A stretch of DNA of 64,000 bases from an uncultured Desulfosarcina sp. (GCA_963674945.2 CAXXWQ010000004.1:2688001-2752000), one strand, 5' to 3'; numbered from the stretch's first letter, positions 1-9,621 are shown. Numbers and translations are program-made. The notes: a model not told the origin generated them from the letters alone.

Positions 1-267
1 ATGATCATCGGTCTCCACATCCAGCGTCGTCACGGTCTCATCGGTAAGAAGCGCGTTGACCTTATTCACCCAATTCAGATGGTCGACCTCTTTTTGGGCG
101 AGCAACCCGTTTAATTGGTTACCGCCGATCACCTCTTTGGCATTATCGACGATGCCGCCGATTCCAAAGATCGACCACATCGCCACAACCGACAGGAGCG
201 TGAGCACTAGGCCGAAACCGATCGTAAATTTTTTTCCTAAGCCGATGTTTTTCCATTTCAGGTTCAT
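1..267 (-). CDS. Methyl-accepting chemotaxis protein, N-terminal part (TM helix plus CZB-like domain); runs off the window start
   Basis: Manual translation MNLKWKNIGLGKKFTIGFGLVLTLLSVVAMWSIFGIGG...KEVDHLNWVNKV...DDH. The basic N-terminus, TM helix and DHLxW motif are typical of CZB-containing MCPs; GGAGG upstream. Confidence 0.7.
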   Translation of the reverse strand, partial: MNLKWKNIGLGKKFTIGFGLVLTLLSVVAMWSIFGIGGIVDNAKEVIGGNQLNGLLAQKEVDHLNWVNKVNALLTDETVTTLDVETDDH

Positions 268-510
268 TCCAGGTGACCTCCAGGGCAGTGTGAATGTCTC
301 ACAAAATACAATAGTGTATCAAATAGACACTATAATTGCATGATGTGTCATTTTTATGGGACAGATTATCGCCAAATTTTAAGCTGACTTTAGTTTTCTT
401 TTCACATTTGATAGGATTTGATCGGTCAGAAGAAAAAGCCTTGTTCACTGGTGAAGTATTGCGTATTACTGGGTTTTGGAAGAATAACAGGAGGCAGCAA
501 AATAAATCCA

Positions 511-1320
511 ATGCATTTCAAACCAGATTTTAATCCCACGCACGATCCGTCGGAATCCGCTCTGTGGTTTATCTTCGATAGAGGCCATCTGCTGACCAAA
601 ATCAACAATAATCAACTCGGCGTTCCGGACACGGCCGACCTGGAATCCCTTGGGATCTCGCCATCCGACAGCCTGTATCTGGGATCTTTGGACGGCCAGC
701 CATGCTACGCGGGTGCACTGGAAACGGACACCGCCGTTGATGAAAATTTCGAGCTACTCAATTTGCGAACGCTTTTCGGTTCGCTTCCGGACCCGTTATT
801 CTGGGTTGCCGGCCGCGGAAATCAGTTTGTGTATTGGTATCAATCTCACCGATACTGCGGAAAATGCGGTCATGAAACGGACGATAAAACCGACGAACGG
901 GCAAAGATATGTCCCCGATGTCAACACATCTATTACCCTCGCCTGTCACCGGCGGTGATCGTGGCGATTATCAGGGACAACCGGATTCTTCTGGCCCGCA
1001 ACCGGAATTTCAAGGGATCGTTTTACAGCGTTCTGGCAGGTTTCGTGGAGCCGGGGGAATCGTTGGAGGAGTGCGTTGAAAGGGAAATCAAAGAAGAGGT
1101 CGGCATTGCCGTAAAAAACATACGATACTTCGGCAGCCAGCCCTGGCCCTTTCCGGACTCTCTGATGATTGGGTTTGTCTCGGACTACGATTCGGGAAAA
1201 ATTGCCATCGACGGATCGGAAATCGTCGAGGCCGCATGGTTTTCAAAGGACGAACTTCCCCAGATACCCCCCAAAATCAGTATTGCCCGGCAGTTGATAG
1301 ACTGGTTCTCTCAATTATGA
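511..1320 (+). CDS. nudC: NAD(+) diphosphatase NudC
   Basis: Zn ribbon YCGKCG...CPRC, YPRLSPAVIV, Nudix box GFVEPGESLEECVEREIKEEVG and SQPWPFP motif; ATG at 511 downstream of GGAGG. Confidence 0.93.
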   Translation: MHFKPDFNPTHDPSESALWFIFDRGHLLTKINNNQLGVPDTADLESLGISPSDSLYLGSLDGQPCYAGALETDTAVDENFELLNLRTLFGSLPDPLFWVAGRGNQFVYWYQSHRYCGKCGHETDDKTDERAKICPRCQHIYYPRLSPAVIVAIIRDNRILLARNRNFKGSFYSVLAGFVEPGESLEECVEREIKEEVGIAVKNIRYFGSQPWPFPDSLMIGFVSDYDSGKIAIDGSEIVEAAWFSKDELPQIPPKISIARQLIDWFSQL

Positions 1321-1471
1321 CGGATTCGTAAAAAGTCCGATATCGGCGTTACGCTTCATCCTTCATCACTGCGGCGTACGATCAGTACACCTCATTCCTT
1401 AAGGACTCGCAAGCCTTGATCTCGGGCTTTTTACGAATCCGTCCGAACAGCGACTTTTTACGAGATCATCA
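1318..1471. mobile_element. MITE-like palindromic element
   Basis: 17-bp perfect IR GACGGATTCGTAAAAAG (1319-1335) / CTTTTTACGAATCCGTC (1427-1443), plus a second right-end copy GACTTTTTACGAGATCATCA (1452-1471); ATTA on both flanks. Confidence 0.7.
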
Positions 1472-1545
1472 ATTATAACACGCACAAATCTCGTTTCGGA
1501 GTTCGCCGAGCCTTTTTGTCGATGGGAAACGGCCAACGATCGCAT

Positions 1546-2349
1546 CTATTCAAGCAGCAAAAAAAGAGGGGGAAGAATTCCTTTGGGCTTTTGCTCGGGA
1601 ACGATGCCCATGGTAAAATAGATGTCGGTTTTCCAGTTGCGAAAATCACCCCAGGCGACATAGACCTTGTTTCCTGAAATGGCGATTTTCGGATCCTCAA
1701 CACGGGCAGTGCTATCGCCACAGGCATTGTCATTCAGGTACCCCCCCTTTGGCTCGGCAAAGTGCGTTCCCCCGTCGAGGGAGTAATTGTAACGCACGCT
1801 CTGGTCTAAACATGAGGTATCGTACCAGGCGAAAAAAACCAGGGAATCAAGGAGTGCGAATGATGGCGCATGGAATGTCAGCATATTGTATGCTCTGACA
1901 TCCACCGGATCGCGCCAACCGGTTTGGAGGGTATATTTCCGGAAGAAGATGCTGTTGTCCTGCACGTTGGTGACGCTGACGGTCCCGTTTCTCAGTTCCA
2001 CCTGGGGATTGCCGTAAAAACTCATTTCAGTATCTGTTGTATCCCAACTTGCACCGCCGTCTGACGAATGGTTGAGAAACAGTCCTTCCAGGTAGCCATC
2101 GCGCGTCTCAACCCATGAGACGTAGACATTGTCTCCCGAGACATGCACCTGGGGTGGCCAACAATATTTTTCTCCGGCCGCGCTGCCCAGATTCAGCCGA
2201 ACATCGTTGTTGAGCCAGGTCTGGCCATAATCTTTGGAATAATTGAAAAAAATATCTGCAAAATCTTTTTTTCGGCGCATGATTCTATAATACAAAATCA
2301 AACGTCTTACAACATAACTTCTCACTTTTTCAAACGCTTGATATTGCAT
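1546..2349 (-). CDS. BNR/Asp-box repeat (sialidase-like beta-propeller) protein, probably a 5'-truncated fragment
   Basis: Repeated Asp-boxes YSKDYGQTW, HSSDGGASW, YSLDGGTHF and VYVSW/VYVAW strands; C-terminal ILPPLFLLLE; no signal peptide. Confidence 0.6.
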   Translation of the reverse strand: MQYQAFEKVRSYVVRRLILYYRIMRRKKDFADIFFNYSKDYGQTWLNNDVRLNLGSAAGEKYCWPPQVHVSGDNVYVSWVETRDGYLEGLFLNHSSDGGASWDTTDTEMSFYGNPQVELRNGTVSVTNVQDNSIFFRKYTLQTGWRDPVDVRAYNMLTFHAPSFALLDSLVFFAWYDTSCLDQSVRYNYSLDGGTHFAEPKGGYLNDNACGDSTARVEDPKIAISGNKVYVAWGDFRNWKTDIYFTMGIVPEQKPKGILPPLFLLLE

Positions 2350-2492
2350 TCAAATTGCCGGGTGTATGATCGGGGGGGAGTAGCATCAGATGCCGGGCTT
2401 TTCAAACATGCCGCCGGTATCTTTATAAACAACCGGATCTCGGCCGGCGTCCGTGTTTTCAAATGTTCCTTGGGCAAGCTCGTTTGGTATGG

Positions 2493-2732
2493 CTAAAACG
2501 TAAGGAAGGGGAATTTTTCCTCCAACTCCTCCAGGGTAGCGGCGGTATCGATCCGATGCATGAACTCGTCCTTCCATCTTTTCACATGTTCAAATGTGGC
2601 CTTTGGCCCGATTAGATCGATCTTCCGGGCAATCAATCGTCTGGCGATCTTGTATTCCGGAGTGCCCGGTTTCAGGCCGCCGTCCTCTTTCAAAATCGCC
2701 ATTATCATCGCCATGGCTTGGAATCTGTTCAT
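2493..2732 (-). CDS. Hypothetical protein
   Basis: ORF MNRFQAMAMIMAILKEDGGLKPG... with protein-like composition. Confidence 0.55.
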   Translation of the reverse strand: MNRFQAMAMIMAILKEDGGLKPGTPEYKIARRLIARKIDLIGPKATFEHVKRWKDEFMHRIDTAATLEELEEKFPFLTF

Positions 2733-2925
2733 GGGAAACCGTCTTGCTGGGTTACGCGGTAATGCCTTTGTAAACCATAGAAGATGGTCAGTTGTCAACG
2801 CGAACAAGAGTAACCTTTTGGAATCTCTTAAAGATTTTATTAAAAAGGACGATTACTGTTTTTGGAAGTCTTTTTCACTTGACGGAACAATGCGTAATAC
2901 CGCTTCTTTTCCAGGGAGGCTTTTC

Positions 2926-3198
2926 ATGGCGAAAATCTTGGACTTTCCCAAAAAGAGAGACATCTTTTACGATTTCAAAGACAGATTTCCCACAGAGGCC
3001 TTCGAACCCCTGTCCATCGCATATATCAAAACAAAAGAAATGTCGGAAAAATTTCCTGTTATTTTGGAGAAACTACCTCCCGGTGCCAAAGGAGAGGTGG
3101 AATATCTGATCAAAGAATATGAAGCGCTCACGCTCATACTGTTGAGAAGAATCATGGGCCTTGAAAAGGCACTGTTTATCGAAAAGGGAAAAAAATAG
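2926..3198 (+). CDS. Hypothetical protein
   Basis: GGGAGG RBS before ATG 2926; MAKILDFPKK... Confidence 0.65.
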   Translation: MAKILDFPKKRDIFYDFKDRFPTEAFEPLSIAYIKTKEMSEKFPVILEKLPPGAKGEVEYLIKEYEALTLILLRRIMGLEKALFIEKGKK

Positions 3199-3213
3199 CA
3201 TCCATTTTCCTTT

Positions 3214-3654
3214 TTATGTTTTTTCCAGCCAATCCCTGGCAAGTGCTACGGTGCGAAAAACCTGGTATTCGTTGGGCAGATTGTAAATTTGTGCAATGGC
3301 GGCAAAGAATTTTCCAAGCCCGATATTGACATTTTTGGATCCAACCAGCGCCACCTTCCGAACCTTTCCATCCGTGGAGACCTTTTTGATACTTGTCGCA
3401 ATGCCGTCCAATTCTGCCGTAGACACATCGAGACGCGACACGTGGGAAAAATCCCATAAGGATGCATCGGTCTGCTGATCCGCCATGTACCTGGTTGCCT
3501 GAACCACAATATCCGTGGCGGTAACATCTCCGGTCACCGTGAAAATGGTGCAATTTCCTTGTGTTTCCATTGAAATCATAATTATTTCAACTGCATCGCA
3601 CGATTCCGGACGGCTTGGAGACAAACCATTATGGAAAACACGTTGAATCGTCAT
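3214..3654 (-). CDS. STAS/SEC14-like small alpha/beta domain protein (true start probably about 3570-3579)
   Basis: TVTGDVT...LWDFS...KVALVG...QVFRTVALARDWL pattern of the SpoIIAA-like family. Confidence 0.6.
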   Translation of the reverse strand: MTIQRVFHNGLSPSRPESCDAVEIIMISMETQGNCTIFTVTGDVTATDIVVQATRYMADQQTDASLWDFSHVSRLDVSTAELDGIATSIKKVSTDGKVRKVALVGSKNVNIGLGKFFAAIAQIYNLPNEYQVFRTVALARDWLEKT

Positions 3655-3663
3655 CTGTTTTTA

Positions 3664-4392
3664 TCAGCCGGTCGGAAGCGCACGTTCTTCCCACCGTTTA
3701 CCGTCAATACCTTTTACCAGGAGCCATAACGCGAATGCCAACTCCCCGGGGACTGACAAGACCACAACGATGGTTGCGAGGATGCCGTCATACTGGGGTA
3801 AAAGAATATGTCCATAACTTTGCGACAGATAGCCAACAGATGCAATGAAAATCAATACACCGAGTATTTTCGGCAAAAAGCCGGATCGATAAACAAGGTA
3901 TCCAAGCAATAAGAGATGAAAGCCAAAGATCAATCCCCAGATCATGATAACGAAAGCGTTGATGTTCATGAACAGCAGCACCATCGCGTTCAACGGATCG
4001 GTTGCCAATGCGGCGAAGCAGCGATCCCCATTTAGCAGAAGCAAGGCAGGGACGGCGGTGAACAGGCTAACGGCCTGTAGGATGGCCTGCGCGAATCGGG
4101 CGAGGGCGGCGGCCAGGGAAAGGGGTCTGCTCACCGGTTTCAGGAGGACGTAGAGAAGGGCGCATATGATGATCTCTACGAGTACAATAAAGGTTTCGGC
4201 CACCATGCCGAAGCGGAACGTCCACGCCGAAGCCATCAGGTTCCCCAGAGTCGCGCCGGGATCGTTTGGAACGACGATGCCGGTCCTTCCCATGAAAAAT
4301 GCGAAGGGGCCGAGAATGAAGAGAACCAGGTACAGGGCGCCTGCGATTCTCGCGTAGGTGCACGGGGAGGTCTTTGCGTTCTGGGTTGTCAT
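3664..4392 (-). CDS. DUF4386 family membrane protein
   Basis: ARIAGALYL...LYVLLKPVSRPLSLAA...GYLVYRSGFLPKILG...GELAFALWLLVKG; multiple TM helices. Confidence 0.8.
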   Translation of the reverse strand: MTTQNAKTSPCTYARIAGALYLVLFILGPFAFFMGRTGIVVPNDPGATLGNLMASAWTFRFGMVAETFIVLVEIIICALLYVLLKPVSRPLSLAAALARFAQAILQAVSLFTAVPALLLLNGDRCFAALATDPLNAMVLLFMNINAFVIMIWGLIFGFHLLLLGYLVYRSGFLPKILGVLIFIASVGYLSQSYGHILLPQYDGILATIVVVLSVPGELAFALWLLVKGIDGKRWEERALPTG

Positions 4393-4393
4393 T

Positions 4394-5245
4394 TCAATCA
4401 CACCTCTTGATGGCATCATAGTCCTGTACGCTGGACATACCGTAATCGAAGTAGACGATCTGACCGCTCATATAACTGCAGATCCCGCTGCCCATGACGA
4501 CAAGGGGATACCCCATTTCCTCGGGCTCGGCCGCTCTGCCATTCCATGGCTCCAGAAATATCTGATGGATCAGCGCCCTTCCTTGGGACGGATCATCCGG
4601 TGTAATCCCCTTGTAGAAATCTTCAGAGAGTCCGGTTTCCGTATTGCCGGCGGCCAAGGCGTTTAGCCGTATCCTGCGGTTGATAAATTCAGGCCGATGG
4701 ACCTGGGACATCACATACACATGCATGCATTGTTTGGAAAAAACATAGGGTGACGCAATTTGTTCCGGGTGTTCTTCATACCATGTCACGGCCTCATCCC
4801 AGGTCCTGCATGCAATCACTTCCTCACATTGGGGGATCACATCCTGCCACATGCGTCCACCGTTGGAGGATATCAAGGTAACGGAGCCGTTATCCGAAAT
4901 TTTCGGCAAAAGCCTTTCAATCAGGTATTTGTGGCTGAGAAAATTTGTGATGCTGACCTCCAGATCGGTGTGTCGATACTGGGCGATGGCATGGCACAGA
5001 AAAATCGCCGCAAACTCGTTATCCAGCTGTTCGATGACGGCATCGAGCTGCGCACGATCGCCCAAATCTGCCTTGATCGCCTTGGCGGCGGGAAAATCCA
5101 GTGGATTGTTCCGGACTGTGGCGTATACGTTGGCACCCAATTCAGCCAGCAGCCTGCCCGCAGCTTTTCCCATACCGGAACCGGCGCCGGTAATGAACAC
5201 GTTTTTTCCTTCGAATCCAAAAATTGATTTCAATTGAATGCTCAT
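4394..5245 (-). CDS. SDR family oxidoreductase (3-alpha-HSD/aryl-alcohol dehydrogenase-like)
   Basis: ITGAGSGMG Rossmann motif, ISSNGG, YVFSK catalytic YxxxK, SYMSGQIVYFDYG tail. Confidence 0.88.
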   Translation of the reverse strand: MSIQLKSIFGFEGKNVFITGAGSGMGKAAGRLLAELGANVYATVRNNPLDFPAAKAIKADLGDRAQLDAVIEQLDNEFAAIFLCHAIAQYRHTDLEVSITNFLSHKYLIERLLPKISDNGSVTLISSNGGRMWQDVIPQCEEVIACRTWDEAVTWYEEHPEQIASPYVFSKQCMHVYVMSQVHRPEFINRRIRLNALAAGNTETGLSEDFYKGITPDDPSQGRALIHQIFLEPWNGRAAEPEEMGYPLVVMGSGICSYMSGQIVYFDYGMSSVQDYDAIKRCD

Positions 5246-5317
5246 GTTGTTTTTCTCTTTCTATATGCAACCCTATTTATGCTTAATTACCATCAAGGGC
5301 GAACTGATCGGAAATTC

Positions 5318-5462
5318 GAAGCTATCTCAAAAATAGGATTCCGGTTCAAGATCAAGGCGGTTCCGCGTTTCGAACCGCAGGCATATATGGAATATGTTGA
5401 GGATTTGAAACGCGGATCCAACACAGATATTGGACAGGAAGACATTTTTGAGATGGTTTCTA
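5318..5462. mobile_element. MITE-like palindromic element (second family)
   Basis: Terminal IR GAAGCTATCTCAAAAAT (5318-5334) / ATTTTTGAGATGGTTTC (5444-5460), 15/17 match; internal IR CCGCGTTTC / GAAACGCGG. Confidence 0.65.
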
Positions 5463-6692
5463 ACAATATTTGTCAACTCTCTTCGCAATCTTAATCCGAA
5501 CGGTGTTTTCGGGAACGCCTTCCGTCTCGCGCCACAGTGACCATTGCGTGCCGATGAGTGTCTTGCTCATACCATACCACATGGAAAGATAGGCCGTCGT
5601 TATGAGCGACATATCACACCCGATGCCGCGCTCGAGGGTGCTTTTGTCGATATCGAGAACGACTTCCTTCTCGTCGAAAGCCGCGATGGCATAATCGATC
5701 AGTGTGGCCTGGAGTACGACTTCGATCAGACCGCCGAGCACGCGGCCGTCATTGACATCACCGGGAACGCCGAGCCAGTCACGGACACCTTTGATCGCCG
5801 CGAATTCGGAAAATGCCATCTTGCCGGCGGCCTCAAACACGCATTTGGTTACATTTTGAACCTTTTCCTTATCGGGTTCCATGGCCTCCAGTGTCGCGAT
5901 GACATCGTTGCTGCCGAGATGTGTCATCATCGAGTGAGAATACAGCTCGGCGGCGGTCCACTCTGCGCAATACCCGTTGCGGTATTTGCCGCCACCTTCC
6001 GGGCGGTACTGCTGCGGCTCCTTATAGCATTTTTCTTCGGGAGTGAATTTGATCTGGTCCGCCGTTGCGATCGGGCCAAAGGTTTCGTAGCATTCCTTTC
6101 TGGGAGACATCGGATATTTCTCACGGTTTTCACCGATAACGCGGCAATGCAGATCGCCGCAGCCCTTTGCCTCCACCATGTTGAATTCCATGCTCGGCTC
6201 GCCGAATGTGTTGCTGATCGCCTCGAAATAGGAAGTCGTGGCGCGGCAGAATTCAGAGCCGACGATATCCCATGGACAGGTATCGAGCTCTTTCTCGAAA
6301 CGATACGAACCGTAGTCATTGACGCGGCCGGTCATCAGCATGGACTCGTCTCCCTGGTCTCCCGCCAGCACACCGATCATGGTACCTTTGACAAAAGGGG
6401 GAACATTTTGTCTCTCTTTGTGCATTTGTTGCACTTCGGGAATTTGAAATACACTGCGGAGTCTTTGTGTGTTGATATCGACGAACGCCTTTGTGCGTTC
6501 GTGATAATCCGGAATAATGATACGCAGCACCTGCATGAAGGTCGCCGCAACACTCGCGATGTGCCGGCAAGCATAATGATGTGCATCGTGGAACGATATG
6601 AGTTTCTCCCATGGGGTCTTTACTGCAGGATGGTCCGCAAGCAGCCCCGATTCAAGACCCGAAGGTCGGCGTGTTTTATTTGTTTCCGCCAT
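5460..6692 (-). CDS. Hypothetical Cys-rich protein with a V4R/ATC-hydrolase-like motif
   Basis: AAGGAG RBS before ATG 6692; CPW...EFC...AKGCGDLHCRV resembles the V4R-type Cys pattern (inference). Confidence 0.7.
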   Translation of the reverse strand: MAETNKTRRPSGLESGLLADHPAVKTPWEKLISFHDAHHYACRHIASVAATFMQVLRIIIPDYHERTKAFVDINTQRLRSVFQIPEVQQMHKERQNVPPFVKGTMIGVLAGDQGDESMLMTGRVNDYGSYRFEKELDTCPWDIVGSEFCRATTSYFEAISNTFGEPSMEFNMVEAKGCGDLHCRVIGENREKYPMSPRKECYETFGPIATADQIKFTPEEKCYKEPQQYRPEGGGKYRNGYCAEWTAAELYSHSMMTHLGSNDVIATLEAMEPDKEKVQNVTKCVFEAAGKMAFSEFAAIKGVRDWLGVPGDVNDGRVLGGLIEVVLQATLIDYAIAAFDEKEVVLDIDKSTLERGIGCDMSLITTAYLSMWYGMSKTLIGTQWSLWRETEGVPENTVRIKIAKRVDKYC

Positions 6693-6738
6693 ATTGTTTT
6701 CTCCTTCAAATGATCGTGGTAGCGTAGATACCTTCCCC

Positions 6739-7770
6739 TCATTTACCGAAGATTCTTTTGTTTTCTCTATCATACCAGATTCTGTCCGTTAAAGTTGCCG
6801 CATATCCACTGATGATTGCCCTGTCTCCGATGTTTGCCCTGGCCCTGTCGACCAGAGCGAATCCGATGCATTTTTCGTTTGTGTAGCTGTAGGTAAACTT
6901 GGTCACTCTTCCGACCTCTTGGCCATCAACCATGACGACAGCGCCGAATGAGCCCCTGTTCATGCCTTCGATATGCGCTGCATCGTCATCGACGGTGAAT
7001 CCGAGCAAGTGACGTTTCGGGCCTTCCGCTTTGATTTTTTCCAATGCCGACTTGCCGATGAACTCTTTGTCCCAGTCAATCGTTCGATCGAAACCGGTTT
7101 CGAGGGGATTCGTTCCGCGCAGATCGCTCATGAGGTTGTACCCCTTTTCACTGGGAAGGGTCCAAACCACGACCTGAAACTCGGTAATCTGCATTGCGTC
7201 GAACGCTTTTCCGCATTCGGCGAGCTTTGACTCCACCAGCGCCATATTTTCCGGTGCGAAGTAGATTTCATATCCCAGTTCACCGGTATATCCGGTTCTG
7301 GCGACTTTTACCGGGATATTTTCGATTCCGTTGTCTCTGATCGCAAAAAACTTCAGGTCGTCGATTTTTTCCGCCAAAATGGCGTTTACCAGATCCCTGG
7401 ATTTCGGACCCTGCACCGCAATCATTTCCATCGTGCTGGTTATATCTTCGTATTTCACATTGCTCTCGTCTTTGTGCGCATCGAGCCACGCGATCAGTTT
7501 CTTTACATGAAGCGTCGAGATCCAGTATTGGTTCTCTTCCATGTGAAATACGATAACGTCATCGATGATGATACCGTCTTCATCCAGCATGGTCGTATAT
7601 TTTGCGCCGCCCACCTTTGTCCTGGCAATGGAACTTGCAAAGATCCTGTCCAGAAAAGCGGTTGCATCCGCCCCTGTTACCGCAAGCAGGTGATGGGTCC
7701 AGCAATACCATCCGACCGCATTTCTAACGGCTTCGTGCTGCGCCTTCATGGCAGCGTCGTCTATCAGCAT
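6739..7770 (-). CDS. Aminomethyltransferase (GcvT/LigM-like folate-binding) family protein
   Basis: VTGADATAFLD, YTTMLDEDGIIIDD, AVQGPKS, VARTGYTGELGYEIY, FIGKSAL motifs; no gcvH or gcvP nearby. Confidence 0.88.
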   Translation of the reverse strand: MLIDDAAMKAQHEAVRNAVGWYCWTHHLLAVTGADATAFLDRIFASSIARTKVGGAKYTTMLDEDGIIIDDVIVFHMEENQYWISTLHVKKLIAWLDAHKDESNVKYEDITSTMEMIAVQGPKSRDLVNAILAEKIDDLKFFAIRDNGIENIPVKVARTGYTGELGYEIYFAPENMALVESKLAECGKAFDAMQITEFQVVVWTLPSEKGYNLMSDLRGTNPLETGFDRTIDWDKEFIGKSALEKIKAEGPKRHLLGFTVDDDAAHIEGMNRGSFGAVVMVDGQEVGRVTKFTYSYTNEKCIGFALVDRARANIGDRAIISGYAATLTDRIWYDRENKRIFGK

Positions 7771-7803
7771 TTTCGTTCCCTCCTTTTCAGTGGATGTCTT
7801 TTA

Positions 7804-8358
7804 TTATTCTTTCTCATCTTTTTCCCACGAAGCAACCAGGGGCCTTTCGGGAGAAGGATAAGGTGGTTCTTCATAATTCTTGACCTCCTGCACTGCGGCA
7901 CTTCGCAGCTTAAACAACAAATTCCTTAACTGCCCCGTCTCTTCGAAGGTCAGGGAAGACAGAACCTTCGGCAAAAACAGGCTCTTTGCCTCCAGCTCGG
8001 CGAGTATCTGCTGCCCTTTTTCGGTCAGCTCGATCACGATGTAGGTTTTGTCGTTGGGTTTCGCGCGCTTCTTTTTCCGAATAAAACCTTTTCGGTGAAG
8101 CCGTTGCACCATGGTGATGATACTCGTGTGCCTGCGCATCATCCAGCGGGCCAATTCGGCCTGTGTGGCATCTTCCCCGAGGGCCTTGACAACGGATAGA
8201 AACGCGAACCCGTCACCGGTAATGGGGTAATCGGCCAGCATCTGGTCGCTGCCCTGGCTCAGGAGGGTATGAACCTGCCCCACCAGGAATCCGAGTTCCC
8301 AGATGGCCCCTTTTTCATCTACCCGGGCTTCCTTCACCAATTGATGTAATCGCTTCAC
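7804..8358 (-). CDS. MarR family transcriptional regulator
   Basis: TQAELARWM...SIITMVQRLHRKGFIRK...IELTEKGQ winged HTH. Confidence 0.85.
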   Translation of the reverse strand: MKRLHQLVKEARVDEKGAIWELGFLVGQVHTLLSQGSDQMLADYPITGDGFAFLSVVKALGEDATQAELARWMMRRHTSIITMVQRLHRKGFIRKKKRAKPNDKTYIVIELTEKGQQILAELEAKSLFLPKVLSSLTFEETGQLRNLLFKLRSAAVQEVKNYEEPPYPSPERPLVASWEKDEKE

Positions 8359-8404
8359 GGCAGTTGCAACCCACTATAATTCATATTTTTTAATCTCCTT
8401 CCAT

Positions 8405-8448
8405 AAATATAGAATACGATGTAGTATGCTACATCGTATTCTATATTT
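8405..8448. promoter_or_regulatory. Perfect 20-bp inverted repeat, probable MarR operator
   Basis: AAATATAGAATACGATGTAG-TATG-CTACATCGTATTCTATATTT directly upstream of marR. Confidence 0.7.
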
Positions 8449-8652
8449 CTATATCTTTTTTGTTCGTTCTGTCAAGGTGTAAAGCGTAGAAGGACAGGGG
8501 GATCAATCGTGAATCAATAATAAAATTCCATGAAATTAGAATTATATTGAAGACGCCTGGAAAGCCAAACATGAACCCTGCGATCCGACACCGTGGGAGG
8601 AATTGAAAAAGGAGCCTGAGCGTTGAGCTCTCCCATATATCGATACTATTTT

Positions 8653-9072
8653 TCAGTCTGTAACAACCACATCGACTCTGAATTGATCTAATGGTTCTTC
8701 TCCGAAGGATCTGTGGTATTCAAGCAGTATCGCACCTGTGCCCGTATGACTGGCGATGAAGGAAAGCTGCTCTACCCCTCCACAACCATCTAATCCGGCG
8801 CACTCTTCATCTTCGATAAAATTGGATTCACCATCCTGATTTATAAAAGTGCCGTCGGTATTTGCATGTTCCCAATGATATCCAGTTGACGGATTGGATG
8901 GAAGTTCGATAATAATTTTTTCCGTGATATCAAGTTCCAATGTAATACCGTTGTCCTCTTCATATAGCAGGACGGAATAATCATCCTGTGGTTCCGTATT
9001 GCTATCTGAACATCCGAACAGATAAAGAAACAAGCTCAAAATGATTGCAGGCACTAAAAATCTCATTTTCAT
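8653..9072 (-). CDS. Protease inhibitor I42 (chagasin) family lipoprotein
   Basis: Lipobox LFGC; LPSNPSTGYHW, GCGG and LEYHRSF motifs; AAGGAGG RBS. Confidence 0.85.
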   Translation of the reverse strand: MKMRFLVPAIILSLFLYLFGCSDSNTEPQDDYSVLLYEEDNGITLELDITEKIIIELPSNPSTGYHWEHANTDGTFINQDGESNFIEDEECAGLDGCGGVEQLSFIASHTGTGAILLEYHRSFGEEPLDQFRVDVVVTD

Positions 9073-9094
9073 TTCAGTAGCCTCCTTGATTTGA

Positions 9095-9156
9095 GTCAAA
9101 ATGGTACGAATCAGACGTGCGGTCTTTTGCATCGGCTGAATTAGCCCTTTTAGATG
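9095..9156 (-). other. Degenerate integron attC-like site
   Basis: Minus strand CATCTAAAAGGGCTAATTCAGCCGATGC-AAAAGACC-GCACGTCTGATTCGTACCATTTTGAC: imperfect hairpin with extrahelical bases; core AAC/GTT mutated to AAA/ATT. Confidence 0.55.
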
Positions 9157-9496
9157 ATTCTATTCTTTTAAAAGTGTCGTCGTATTTTGAAAGGATCGCA
9201 AGAACGTTGTCTGGGCCAATTATCAAAATAGCTGAGATCATGAGTTTTATTAATGGACCTATCAGATACGTCCACCTGTTTTGAACTGTCCGTAAATCTT
9301 TCTATATTTCATTAATATCCCTATAGTAGAGCCCCACATCTATGGACAATTGTATAAATCAATACTCAACAACCTCAGGCACAGTATAACAAAGTCTTTA
9401 TTTTTCATGTGTCACATTTCTTTTTAAGGACATCTAACGGGCTTCGGACTTCGCATATAGCGACCTGATATTAAATGGGGTCGCCTATCCCCAAAA

Positions 9497-9621
9497 CATA
9501 AAGCCATTGCAGCCATCGCCGTCTATCTTTTGCAAATTTAAGAAAAAATTCCCGTTTATGGCAACCGATGAGTAATGTGCCAAATTTGTCCGGGGATGCA
9601 GTGTCTTTCAGCCCTTGCCAT
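9497..9621 (-). pseudogene. REP-associated tyrosine transposase (RAYT, IS200/Y1 family) N-terminal remnant with frameshift
   Basis: MARAERHCIPGQIWHITHR, then after a frameshift CHKREFFLKFAKDRRRWLQWL; flanked by inverted TAAATG...GGGTCGC motifs. Confidence 0.7.

Noticed and set aside
6739..7770. Calling this gene gcvT of the glycine cleavage system
   Set aside because: It lacks the canonical GcvT N-terminus and the FDVSHMG motif, and there are no gcvH/gcvP neighbours.
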